This document shows, piece after piece, positions 40,905-50,526 of a stretch of DNA of 64,000 nucleotides (positions are counted from its first letter, which is position 1; the number at the start of each line of letters is the position of its first letter). The position numbers and the translations under genes are program-made. This DNA comes from a virus. Its lineage: Duplodnaviria; Caudoviricetes. Location: the IMG/VR virus record IMGVR_UViG_3300008111_000023, positions 1 through 64,000 of that record, one strand, 5' to 3'. The notes under the pieces are model-generated. The model saw only the letters and a list, made by a program, of their open reading frames with translations, was not told where the DNA came from and did no database searches.

Positions 40905-42662
40905 ATGGCATATCAAGTAGACAAATTTAATGGAACTTTTCTAGTCTCAGTTGACGATGGAACCATTGATACCACCACTGATCTGCGTTTTGTAGGAAAA
41001 AATTACGCAGGCTACGGCGAAGTACAGAACGAAAATTTCTTGCATTTAATGGAAAATTTTGCAAATACTTCAGCACCACCCAAGGCAGTTGTTGGTCAAA
41101 TTTGGTATGATAGCGGCAATAAAAAAATACGTTTCTATGATGGCGCACGATTTAGAACAGCTAGTGGAGCTGAAGTAGGCCCAACTGCACCTTCCGGATT
41201 ACAGTCAGGCGATTTTTGGTTTGATACCAGCGCAGGACAACTATATACTTGGAACGGAACTGAGTTTGTATTAATTGGTCCAGAAACTCCTCCAGATCTA
41301 GGAGCAAGTGCAGTAGTTTCTCAAGTGGTAAAAGATACAATTGGCAACAATCATACCATTGTAAAGTTTCAAGCAGGTGGTGATGTAATATCAATAGTTA
41401 GTAAAGATGCATTTACACTAAACAGTACAATTAATCCTATTACAGGATTCACAACAATTAAGAAAGGTGTTAATCTAGTTAACACTAATGGTACAACAGG
41501 AGTTACATCCACAGATCATTATTTCTGGGGTACCGCAAGTAATGCAGCAAGGCTAGGTGGGTACCCAGCTTCAGAATATATTAGACTAGGTGAAGTATCG
41601 TTTGACAACGAAATTTCTTTTAAAGACACTGGTCTTACTATTGGCGATCAAAATGATCTGCGTATTAGAGTTGAAAACGGTGATGAACCAGTTATTGAAA
41701 ATCGATTAGGTAATACAATAACTCTAAGAATACGAGTAAGTGACAGCGATTTAAGAAACGTTGGAATTATCTCCTCAACAGGAATGATTCCCGGAACTAC
41801 TAATTTCTTTAATCTAGGATCTTCTACTTCTAGATGGGCCAATGTTTATTCTACATTGTTTACTGGGAATGTATTAGGCAATCTTACAGGTAATACATTG
41901 GGTATTCATAGAGGTAATTTGCTAGCCAACAATGAAGTTTTATCATTTAATGCAGATACTCAAACATTTATTGGTAGTTTTACCGGTACACTTACCGGAA
42001 ACGTAATTGGAAATATTACCGGAACATCTACCAATTCTTTAAGTTTAAACAGTCTAGTTGGCGAGCAAGGTGCCGTAGCAACTTCAGTTGCACTTAGAGA
42101 TGGTGCAGGAAATTTAACAGCAACTAGATTTATTGGAGTTACTGATAAATCCGATAGATTAAAGATTGATGACGTAGCAGTAGATACTGATCCAAATTAT
42201 CGATCTGCAAGAACAACTAAAACTGCAAACTCTATTGCAGCTAGAGACAGTTCTGGTAATTTATTAGCAAATACATTTGATGGTACTGCTACCGCAGCAC
42301 AATATGCTGACCTTGCAGAAAAATACCTTGCAGATAAACAATATGATGTTGGAACAGTGGTTGCAATTGGTGGAGAAAAAGAAGTTACAGCCGCTACATA
42401 TGGTGATAGAGCAATTGGCATAGTATCTGCCAATCCTGGATTTATGATGAACAAAGATTTAGAAGGCGGGACATATATAGCATTGAAGGGTCGAGTACCT
42501 GTAAAAGTACAAGGTACAGTTAAGAAAGGTGACAAACTTGTTCCGGCCCAAAATATGTACGGTGCTGCATCAGCTGCTAATAAATCTGACACAGATTATT
42601 TTGCTATTGCCCTCGAAGACCATCAGTCTGATTCGGGTGTTATAGAAGCATTGGTATTATAA
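40905..42662 (+). CDS. Tail fibre protein (paralog 4) with a C-terminal intramolecular chaperone domain
   Basis: Same N-terminal module; GN(V/L)TG repeats; AQYADLAEKY...ALKGRVPVKV; ATAAATA at 40876-40882. Confidence 0.75.
   Translation: MAYQVDKFNGTFLVSVDDGTIDTTTDLRFVGKNYAGYGEVQNENFLHLMENFANTSAPPKAVVGQIWYDSGNKKIRFYDGARFRTASGAEVGPTAPSGLQSGDFWFDTSAGQLYTWNGTEFVLIGPETPPDLGASAVVSQVVKDTIGNNHTIVKFQAGGDVISIVSKDAFTLNSTINPITGFTTIKKGVNLVNTNGTTGVTSTDHYFWGTASNAARLGGYPASEYIRLGEVSFDNEISFKDTGLTIGDQNDLRIRVENGDEPVIENRLGNTITLRIRVSDSDLRNVGIISSTGMIPGTTNFFNLGSSTSRWANVYSTLFTGNVLGNLTGNTLGIHRGNLLANNEVLSFNADTQTFIGSFTGTLTGNVIGNITGTSTNSLSLNSLVGEQGAVATSVALRDGAGNLTATRFIGVTDKSDRLKIDDVAVDTDPNYRSARTTKTANSIAARDSSGNLLANTFDGTATAAQYADLAEKYLADKQYDVGTVVAIGGEKEVTAATYGDRAIGIVSANPGFMMNKDLEGGTYIALKGRVPVKVQGTVKKGDKLVPAQNMYGAASAANKSDTDYFAIALEDHQSDSGVIEALVL
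42295..42322 (+). repeat. 28-bp perfect direct repeat, copy 2
   Basis: Identical to 40482-40509. Confidence 0.9.
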
Positions 42663-42671
42663 GGATAAATT

Positions 42672-43583
42672 ATGGCAATCGGTGATTTCATTTCCGCAAC
42701 AGATTACAACTCAATCAGAACTAAAATTATTAACGTCATGAGTACAGGATCCGGTAATTTTGGTTATGGTCAAACAACTTTTAGTTCTTTAGTATCTGCT
42801 GGAAATACTGTAACAAAAACACAATGGGATTCTCTTAGATACGATATCTACAATGCTATTCTACACCAAACTGGATCAGCAGCTTCGTTGGTGCAAGTGG
42901 CAGTGGGTGATGTTATTAGATTTGGTGCAAGCAATCCTAATTCTCAATATGACACTGTTGCTAATACCGCAGTTACCAATCGATTCAATTTAGGAACTGG
43001 CCAGTTTGTAACAGAAGCAATTAACAGCACATCATTTACTTCATCGTGGTATCAATCAGTTAGTGCTACAGCATCGGTTACATTTTCCACAGCAGAACAA
43101 GCAAGATTTTTCTTTAATGCAGGCGGAAAGATTCGATTTGCTAGCACCAGAACCGGCGGCAACGGTGAAGCACAAAATACTTCGTGGAGTAATTTATTAA
43201 GTTCTGCAGGAGCTCAATCATTTGTAGGCGGCCCCTCTGGAATTAATTTCTTTTCTTTAACTAGTGGTTTTCAGACTTTTGCTGAAATTTCAGGAAGCTC
43301 GGCATATTCTAATAACAAATGGCGTTTAGAAGCATCGTGTAATGTTGCAAGCAATACATTAGGAACCGCCAATGTTGTTAATTTTAGAATAACGTGGTTA
43401 GATGCATACACTGATCCAGTACCAGGAGGCGGAACACCGGCAATTCCTCCTGGAGATTTAGTTGACGGTACGCTTACTCTAACAGTTGATCAGGTTCGTC
43501 CTTCTGGATTTTTACAACCAAGTGGTACATTTACCACTGTAGGCCCATCGTCGTCTTCTTTGAGTGCAATCTCTGGTTCATAA
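42672..43583 (+). CDS. Virion structural protein (tail-associated)
   Basis: Ser/Thr/Gly-rich 303 aa with ARFFFNAGGKIRF, at the end of the fibre cluster. Confidence 0.55.
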   Translation: MAIGDFISATDYNSIRTKIINVMSTGSGNFGYGQTTFSSLVSAGNTVTKTQWDSLRYDIYNAILHQTGSAASLVQVAVGDVIRFGASNPNSQYDTVANTAVTNRFNLGTGQFVTEAINSTSFTSSWYQSVSATASVTFSTAEQARFFFNAGGKIRFASTRTGGNGEAQNTSWSNLLSSAGAQSFVGGPSGINFFSLTSGFQTFAEISGSSAYSNNKWRLEASCNVASNTLGTANVVNFRITWLDAYTDPVPGGGTPAIPPGDLVDGTLTLTVDQVRPSGFLQPSGTFTTVGPSSSSLSAISGS

Positions 43584-43607
43584 ATTTTAATCCCCTATAA
43601 GACGCCA

Positions 43608-43615
43608 TATAAATA
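43608..43615 (+). promoter_or_regulatory. Late promoter TATAAATA for the glycosyltransferase operon
   Basis: Exact T4 late consensus followed by AGGAG and the ATG at 43641. Confidence 0.75.
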
Positions 43616-43640
43616 ATGTGCGTGTTTTATAGGAGATACC

Positions 43641-43991
43641 ATGGACGACCGTCTAAAAGCTGCCTTAGATTTTTCAAATTATAGACAAACCCTAGCAATT
43701 CAAAGAAAAACCCTTAAAGAAAAAATTGAGGGCAAATTGACTTACGGCCACTCCGGCGGTATATTTAAGATTGATAGAACACTATTAGTTTTTGTTCAAA
43801 TGCTAATTGATCAAGACAGAACAGAAAATGTTCCTCTAATTGATCAAAATGAAAATCCAATTTTAATTCCAGACCTACAAATATTTCGAGATGAAATTTT
43901 AGATAGGTATTTTACTGCCACCTACGAATATCACGAAGAATACGAAAAAATTAAATCTAGCAGGACCGTAGAAAAATTATTGAATATATGA
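43641..43991 (+). CDS. Hypothetical protein, possible tail-fibre assembly factor
   Basis: 116 aa with a strong RBS; first gene of an overlapping-gene operon. Confidence 0.5.
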   Translation: MDDRLKAALDFSNYRQTLAIQRKTLKEKIEGKLTYGHSGGIFKIDRTLLVFVQMLIDQDRTENVPLIDQNENPILIPDLQIFRDEILDRYFTATYEYHEEYEKIKSSRTVEKLLNI

Positions 43992-44848
43992 CTAAAGGCG
44001 TATTAATTTTTGCTCATAATGGCCCAGAAGTAGATTACGGTGTAATGGGTATAATTTCTGGCGGACTAGCAAAAAAACATTTGGGATTACCAGTCAGTTT
44101 AATAACAGACAAATGGACTATTGCTTGGTTAAAAGAATCAGGGATGTATGCTAGAGCCGAGTCTATTTTTGATAAGATTATTGAAATTGAAAAGCCTAGA
44201 ACAAAAAATACAAGAAAACTGCATGATGGTTTCTACAGCCAGACAATTCCCTTTGTAAATTCAAATAGATTTTCAGTTTGGGATTTAAGTCCTTACGATC
44301 AAACTTTGCTAATTGATAGTGATTATCTAATTTTTTCTAACAAACTAAATGAGTACTGGAACACAGATAGTAGCGTAATGTTAGGACATTCTATGAATGA
44401 CATAACGGGTGACCGTAGTGGTATATTAGATCAACGTGTAAGTGAAACTGGGATTCATATGTTTTGGGCTACCACAGTAATGTTTACTAAAAATGAAGAA
44501 AGCAGATTCTTTTTTAAATTAGTTGATTATATTAAAGACAATTACAGATATTATGCCGACCTATTTAGATTTGATCCAAGACAATATCGAAATGATATTT
44601 CATTCAGCATTGCTAAACATATCATGAACGGGTTTGAAACAGAATTTATTTACACTCTTCCTCCTATTCTAACGGTGTTTGACAAAGATATTTTGCATGA
44701 TGTAATCGAAAATCGATTGACATTTCTAATTGAAAAACCACTCAATTGCGGAGATTTCTGGGCTGCAACTACACAAGGATCTGATGTTCATATTATGAAC
44801 AAACAAAGTATTATTAGAAATAAAGAAAAATTACTGGAGTTAATATGA
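43988..44848 (+). CDS. GT-A fold glycosyltransferase (GT8-like)
   Basis: KGVLIFA N-terminal strand, SPYDQTLLIDSD (DxD), RND..FSIA. Confidence 0.7.
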   Translation: MTKGVLIFAHNGPEVDYGVMGIISGGLAKKHLGLPVSLITDKWTIAWLKESGMYARAESIFDKIIEIEKPRTKNTRKLHDGFYSQTIPFVNSNRFSVWDLSPYDQTLLIDSDYLIFSNKLNEYWNTDSSVMLGHSMNDITGDRSGILDQRVSETGIHMFWATTVMFTKNEESRFFFKLVDYIKDNYRYYADLFRFDPRQYRNDISFSIAKHIMNGFETEFIYTLPPILTVFDKDILHDVIENRLTFLIEKPLNCGDFWAATTQGSDVHIMNKQSIIRNKEKLLELI

Positions 44849-45687
44849 ACTTTGGTTATTTAATTGTAGTTGCTTCAAATAAAGATATAGACTATCTTAA
44901 ATTAGCCTATGCTCTTGCATTAAGTATTAAAAATACTCAGAAGCCAGGATATGATAACGTTGCTTTAGTAATTGACAATCCTCAACTAGTTGACAATTTA
45001 AAAAGCCCTTGGGTCTTTGATCATGTTATTGCTTGGGATAAGGAAACGTATTGGGATGGTCGTAGTTGGATGGATCAATTATCTCCTTTTGAAAATACAG
45101 TATGTCTTGATGCAGATATGATTTTCCTTAGAGATCATAGTCACTGGATTGATTACTTTATTGAAAATTGTGAATTATATATTCCCTCAAAGGCATTGAC
45201 CTATAGAGGCGAAACAATTACAAATGATTTTTATAGAAAAACATTTACAAAGAACGGTCTTCCTAATTTATATTCTATGTTTACTTTTTTTAAACAGGGA
45301 TCTGAAATTGCAACAGAATTTTTTAATCTAGGTAGATATATTATAAAAAATCCTTTGGAGTTTAGTAATTTATATCTTACAAAACATAAACCAAAAGTTG
45401 TTGGAACAGATGAAGCGTTTGCCTTGAGTGCAAAGATTTTAGATATAAGTGATATTGTAAGTTATGATCTAGCGTTTCCTAACATTGTTCATATGAAACC
45501 TATGGTTCAAAATTGGTCATGGACTGCTGATAAAGTCACTGAACATGCTGGTTTTTATTTTAATATCCAAGGAAAATTAAAAATAGGAAATTATCAGCAA
45601 CATAATATTGTGCATTATGTTGAAAAAGATCTAGTTAATGACGAAATAGTTAGTATGTTAGAGGAGATTGCATGGAACAAGAACTAA
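44845..45687 (+). CDS. GT-A fold glycosyltransferase (GT8-like), paralog of the preceding gene
   Basis: YLKLAYALALSIK, SPFENTVCLDAD (DxD), TDEAFAL, VHMK, VHY. Confidence 0.75.
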   Translation: MNFGYLIVVASNKDIDYLKLAYALALSIKNTQKPGYDNVALVIDNPQLVDNLKSPWVFDHVIAWDKETYWDGRSWMDQLSPFENTVCLDADMIFLRDHSHWIDYFIENCELYIPSKALTYRGETITNDFYRKTFTKNGLPNLYSMFTFFKQGSEIATEFFNLGRYIIKNPLEFSNLYLTKHKPKVVGTDEAFALSAKILDISDIVSYDLAFPNIVHMKPMVQNWSWTADKVTEHAGFYFNIQGKLKIGNYQQHNIVHYVEKDLVNDEIVSMLEEIAWNKN

Positions 45688-46265
45688 TGGATTTTGACGA
45701 GTGGATCAAATTACCAGTCAATCAAACCGTTGAATACTATGCAACATTTAAAGATGACGGATCTTTAATTGGAATATATCCTTCTCATGCGGTATTTGAT
45801 AATACAAATAAGATAAAAATTGATGAAGAAATTGCTACAGCAGTGTCCACAGGTGCGGAAAATTTATTTTCTTATAGGGTTGATCTACCAACTAAGAAAT
45901 TAGTTAAATTAAACAAATTTTCCACTCATAGTCTAATAAAGATTGATGATATCTTGCATAGAATAATAGATAAAAAGTGGTCAAATATGCAAGATCCTGA
46001 TATCACAATTTCACATGATACAAAAAATAGTACATTAATATTTTCAATGAGCAACAAATACTCAAATAATATTATTTGGGACGGTGCAACTGAAATGATT
46101 TTTTTAGTAACTGATTACAACGACCCCAATGTCCTCCTTCATATGTTAAGCATTAGGGCAGGCGATATTACAGAAAATACAAAATTATTTACATTAGATT
46201 TGCCAAATAGATTTAGTGTTTACACAAGACGAATTTTTGACAAATATATATTTGAAACAATATGA
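45672..46265 (+). CDS. Hypothetical protein within the glycosyltransferase operon
   Basis: 197-aa ORF overlapping both neighbours. Confidence 0.6.
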   Translation: MEQELMDFDEWIKLPVNQTVEYYATFKDDGSLIGIYPSHAVFDNTNKIKIDEEIATAVSTGAENLFSYRVDLPTKKLVKLNKFSTHSLIKIDDILHRIIDKKWSNMQDPDITISHDTKNSTLIFSMSNKYSNNIIWDGATEMIFLVTDYNDPNVLLHMLSIRAGDITENTKLFTLDLPNRFSVYTRRIFDKYIFETI

Positions 46266-47173
46266 AAACAATAGAACTTGACATTGTATTTTTAAGTTAT
46301 GACGAGCCCAATGCAGATAAGCATTATGCTGATTTATGCAATAAACTTCCTTGGGCTAAACGAGTTCACGGAGTGAAGGGTAGTGATGCTGCACATAAGG
46401 CAGCAGCTGAGTTAAGTGAAACTGAATGGGTTATCACGGTTGACGCTGATAATATAGTTAATCCTAAATTCTTTAATCTAGACATTGATACAAGTAATCC
46501 TAAGATACAGGTATATAGCTGGTTAGGAAAAAACAAACTTAATGGCTTACTTTACGGTAATGGCGGACTTAAAATATGGAAACGAGATTTTATTCTCAAT
46601 ATGAAAACTCATGAAGCTAGTGAAAGTGATCGTGCTCAAGTAGACTTTTGTTGGGAAGATGGTTATCGTCAATTTAAAGAATGTTATAGTGATACTGATA
46701 TTACCGGAAGTCCTTTTCAAGCATGGAGAGCAGGATTTCGTGAAGGCGTTAAGATGACCTTGCTTGACGGAATTAAAGTGGCACCACAAGAGATTAGTGA
46801 ACGTGTTTGGTGGCACAATTTGCATAGATTACGTATGTGGTCAACAGTTGGTGCTCATGAAGAAAATGGACTTTATGCCATATATGGTGCTAGATTAGGC
46901 ACTTGGTTAGCAAACTGTACCGACTGGAATTATGTAGAGGTTCGAGACTTTGAAATCCTTAAAGGTATTTGGAATCAATATGGCCGCCCATTTGAAGAAT
47001 TAGGCGGTAATGGTCTAGATGAAGAAATTAAATCATTAGGTGAAAAAATTAAATTAGAACTAGGTTTTGATTATCCCTATCTAGATAGTCAACAGAGCAA
47101 ATATACTTTAGATTTGTACGAAGAAACTATCAAATTAACAAATACATATATGAGGACCACTGATGGTCTATGA
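46262..47173 (+). CDS. GT-A-like nucleotide-sugar transferase
   Basis: DIVFLSYDEPNA, RVHGVKG..AAH, TVDAD (DxD), YGNGGLK, AWRAGFREGVK. Confidence 0.65.
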   Translation: MKTIELDIVFLSYDEPNADKHYADLCNKLPWAKRVHGVKGSDAAHKAAAELSETEWVITVDADNIVNPKFFNLDIDTSNPKIQVYSWLGKNKLNGLLYGNGGLKIWKRDFILNMKTHEASESDRAQVDFCWEDGYRQFKECYSDTDITGSPFQAWRAGFREGVKMTLLDGIKVAPQEISERVWWHNLHRLRMWSTVGAHEENGLYAIYGARLGTWLANCTDWNYVEVRDFEILKGIWNQYGRPFEELGGNGLDEEIKSLGEKIKLELGFDYPYLDSQQSKYTLDLYEETIKLTNTYMRTTDGL

Positions 47174-48848
47174 TATTTTTTATGTAAGTAAAAATATTAT
47201 TGATGAACAAAATTGGAAACAATTTCGTTCTAAATTTCCATCTTCTCAAAAAATTGATAATGTAAAATCGTTTGATGACATTAAAAAGAAAGCATTTACA
47301 AAATTCTTTTGGGTTGTATGGGATGATTTAAACATTGTTGATACTTTTAAATTTGATTACAAAGTTTCTACATGGGATCAAGATTATATTCATGTGTGGT
47401 TAAATGGTGAAAACTACGACGGTGTTGTATTGTTTTCAAAAAAGTCAGTTCCCTCGGAAAAAGAATTTCAACATAGATTTTATGTTAACAAAAAAGAAAT
47501 CGATATAGTAGCTAGTAAACCTAAAAAATACCCTATTTTTATTATTAGCAATTATGCAGAATATCAATCTGCATTAAAAAATTCACCTTTAACAATGTTT
47601 TGGGTAGTATGGCCAAACATTGAAATAATTAATGATCAAATTTTTGAAACTTACTTTAGTCACCATAATTCCTATGATCGAAATGAAAATCATGTGTTTA
47701 AAAATATTTCTAACGATCAGGAATCGTTTGTTAACGGTGTTGTGTTATTTTCTACAAATAAGCCAGTATCTAAGAAAGAGATTGAACATAGATTTTTTAT
47801 AGATAAAAAAGAACACAATCTAGTGGCCAGCAAATATAAACCGTACGACAAATTTGTAATCGATACGTTTAGCGATTACGAACATGCTCTTAACACAGCT
47901 GATACAGATATGTTTTGGGCAATTCCTCCGGAAGTTGAACCTGTACCAGATTTTAAATTTGATCTTCAATTTCCATACCAAAATAAGTATGAGCTCAGTA
48001 TAAATCACGTCTTTAAAAATATTGATGTTGAAGAAATTAAGTACAACGGTATAATGTTATTATCGAAGAAAAGACCTATTTCTGCAAGAGAAGTTGAATA
48101 TAGATATTTGATTGAAAAGAAAGAATATGACCTTGTGGCAAGTAAATTAAAATTATACGATATTGTGTTTATATCTTATAACGAACCTAATGCAGATGAA
48201 AATTTTGCTAACTTAATTGATCGATTTCCAAGAGCTAAACGTGTACACGGCGTAAAAGGTATTCACCAAGCACATATTGCAGCCGCAAAATTAGCAACAA
48301 CTCCAATGTTTTGGGTAGTAGACGGTGATGCAATAGTAGAAGATGATTTTCAATTTGACCTACTACTACCTAAACACGATACAGATATTGTTCATGTTTG
48401 GTTAAGCAAAAATCCTATCAACGGATTAACATACGGCTATGGTGGTGTTAAATTATTGCCTAAAAACTTAACTATTAATATGGAAATGACTAGTGTTGAC
48501 ATGACTATGGCAATTAGCAAAAAATTTAAAGTTATAAAAGAAGTTAGTAATCTAACAGTTTTTAATACAGATCCGTTCAATACTTGGAAATCTGCGTTTA
48601 GAGAGTGTGTAAAATTAGCCAGCCGTCCTGTTGATTCTGGATATCAAGAAGAAACTGAAGATAGATTAATTACTTGGTGCAGTGTTGGATCTGATAAACT
48701 TTATGGAGAATATAGTATAGCAGGAGCTCGAGCTGGAAAACAGTACGGGCTATTGAATATTGCCGATGCTAACCAGTTAAGAAAAATTAATGATTTTGAA
48801 TGGTTGCAAAATCAATTTAATTTATTGCAACCCTTAGTAGAAAAATAA
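47163..48848 (+). CDS. GT-A-like transferase with three degenerate N-terminal repeats and one complete C-terminal domain
   Basis: C-terminal domain is paralogous to 46262 (ISYNEPNA, RVHGVKG, VDGD, WKSAFRECVK). Three upstream repeats each end KKE..(I/L)VASK. Confidence 0.65.
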   Translation: MVYDIFYVSKNIIDEQNWKQFRSKFPSSQKIDNVKSFDDIKKKAFTKFFWVVWDDLNIVDTFKFDYKVSTWDQDYIHVWLNGENYDGVVLFSKKSVPSEKEFQHRFYVNKKEIDIVASKPKKYPIFIISNYAEYQSALKNSPLTMFWVVWPNIEIINDQIFETYFSHHNSYDRNENHVFKNISNDQESFVNGVVLFSTNKPVSKKEIEHRFFIDKKEHNLVASKYKPYDKFVIDTFSDYEHALNTADTDMFWAIPPEVEPVPDFKFDLQFPYQNKYELSINHVFKNIDVEEIKYNGIMLLSKKRPISAREVEYRYLIEKKEYDLVASKLKLYDIVFISYNEPNADENFANLIDRFPRAKRVHGVKGIHQAHIAAAKLATTPMFWVVDGDAIVEDDFQFDLLLPKHDTDIVHVWLSKNPINGLTYGYGGVKLLPKNLTINMEMTSVDMTMAISKKFKVIKEVSNLTVFNTDPFNTWKSAFRECVKLASRPVDSGYQEETEDRLITWCSVGSDKLYGEYSIAGARAGKQYGLLNIADANQLRKINDFEWLQNQFNLLQPLVEK

Positions 48849-48865
48849 TAATCTATACTAGATGC

Positions 48866-49729
48866 TTAATTGGCATCTCTATCATCCGGACTTTTACCCC
48901 ATCCGAAATGTTCTCTTGCTAAATCTCTAGCATATTCAGCATGACCGGGCGGAAGTACGTGCCCACACGCAGTCATTTGTTCGAACGCTCCTTTATTGAA
49001 CCATCGATCATTGATCTTATCAAATTCTAATAAATCAAACCAAAGCATTCGAAGCCATTGATTTTTAGAGTTATTAACTATTTCTTTGTATTGCCAAAAT
49101 TCACCTACGGTGTTTAAGAAAATAGGATCTCTTCCAATTCTCCGCTTAACATAATTTTTAATTTGTAAACATTCTTTTAGATAATCAATAAGCAATTCTT
49201 CATCACTGAGTGTTGTCCAAATAGCTTCAAACAATTTTTTATGTTTACTTTCATATCCTCGATAATGAAATCCCGGAATAGATGATTTAACCCAATTAAA
49301 AATTTTCCCAATATCTTGTGTATCTTCGTGATACCAACCTAATCTTCCAATGCTTGTTAAGCCTATGAAAACATAATCTGGCAAGTCTGCTCGACTTCTT
49401 AATGATTCAAGATAGGCAATAGTTCTAGTTGATATGCCCGTCATACATGATCCGCCAATGGCCCCATTAACTACATTAACAGTGTCATTAACTAGCATAG
49501 TATCAACTAGTTCACCTAATAATGTAGCCCACACATATTTCTTATTACTAAGTTGCCAATGATTATGTAAATCAAGATTTCTATCTAGCATTGCATGCCT
49601 TTTGTTACACCATGCTACGTCAAATTCTACGTCGCAAGAATGATGCCCTGGATACAAATCTGGAAAAACTTCTGGATCAGACAATCCGTCGCCAGCAGTA
49701 AAACTATCCCCATTTACATAAATTTTCAT
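48866..49729 (-). CDS. SGNH/GDSL-like hydrolase or acyltransferase
   Basis: IYVNGDSFTAG (block I), NGAIGGS (block II), C-terminal GH..P.GH..YA. Confidence 0.6.
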   Translation of the reverse strand: MKIYVNGDSFTAGDGLSDPEVFPDLYPGHHSCDVEFDVAWCNKRHAMLDRNLDLHNHWQLSNKKYVWATLLGELVDTMLVNDTVNVVNGAIGGSCMTGISTRTIAYLESLRSRADLPDYVFIGLTSIGRLGWYHEDTQDIGKIFNWVKSSIPGFHYRGYESKHKKLFEAIWTTLSDEELLIDYLKECLQIKNYVKRRIGRDPIFLNTVGEFWQYKEIVNNSKNQWLRMLWFDLLEFDKINDRWFNKGAFEQMTACGHVLPPGHAEYARDLAREHFGWGKSPDDRDAN

Positions 49730-50526
49730 AATTCAAATCCTACTTCTAATCCTCGAGATAAATTTTGATGCATGAGTTGTTTAATTTCCCATTTATTCTT
49801 TTTAAAGTTTCCTAAAATAATCCACGGTGGCATAACTTGTAAATTATTTTGATTGCACCACTCTATATATGCTGGATTAGGAAGAATACCTTTATTTAAT
49901 TGTGGATTAAATACATATTCAAACCTAGCCGAAATTGTTTTGTAATTGCTAGTTTCTTCATCAACTGAACTTCCAGTAATCCATTGGTCATACTGATGTT
50001 TTCCTAAATCGTCAAATCTTAAAATTAGATCGTGTTGTGAGTATTCGCAATCTTCCGGCTGTATTTTAATATCAATATTTTCTAAATATGCTCCGTTTGT
50101 ATTAGTAAAATAAACAGAATAGTAATATTCTAAAGAATGAATGTATAAATTAATATTTTGCCAGGATTTCACAAAGCTGGGATAGTTTTGTTTCGTATTG
50201 TCTCCGTTGACTATATTTTTTAATCTGTCAGTGTACAATACCCATTTTTTATGTGACGCATTGAGCCATTGTTGATCAATACCAACAATTTTATTAAACA
50301 TGATTTGAGGTAGATTTTTTTCTACAGCAAACTTATTAACTATATCAATTGCAGCATTTAGATTATTAATAGTCTCATTAGAACGAGTTATAAACGAAGT
50401 ATCTCTAGCAAAATAACTCATATTCATTTTTTTAGAAAAAATGCTTTCAAACCAAACAGACGCTATGGGTGTATTGTTAGGCTCTAATTCTAAATAGTCG
50501 CCTGATTTTAAAAAAATAAATTTCAT
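49726..50526 (-). CDS. Hypothetical protein in the radical SAM operon
   Basis: 266-aa ORF with 4-nt overlaps on both sides. Confidence 0.6.
   Translation of the reverse strand: MKFIFLKSGDYLELEPNNTPIASVWFESIFSKKMNMSYFARDTSFITRSNETINNLNAAIDIVNKFAVEKNLPQIMFNKIVGIDQQWLNASHKKWVLYTDRLKNIVNGDNTKQNYPSFVKSWQNINLYIHSLEYYYSVYFTNTNGAYLENIDIKIQPEDCEYSQHDLILRFDDLGKHQYDQWITGSSVDEETSNYKTISARFEYVFNPQLNKGILPNPAYIEWCNQNNLQVMPPWIILGNFKKNKWEIKQLMHQNLSRGLEVGFEL

Noticed and set aside
11304-42592. Many short minus-strand ORFs inside the structural module
   Set aside because: Fully nested antisense to long, motif-bearing plus-strand genes.
39041-42662. Diversity-generating retroelement or invertase shufflon acting on the fibre tips
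   Set aside because: No reverse transcriptase or recombinase in the window, no near-identical TR/VR pair with adenine-specific mismatches, and no inverted cassettes.
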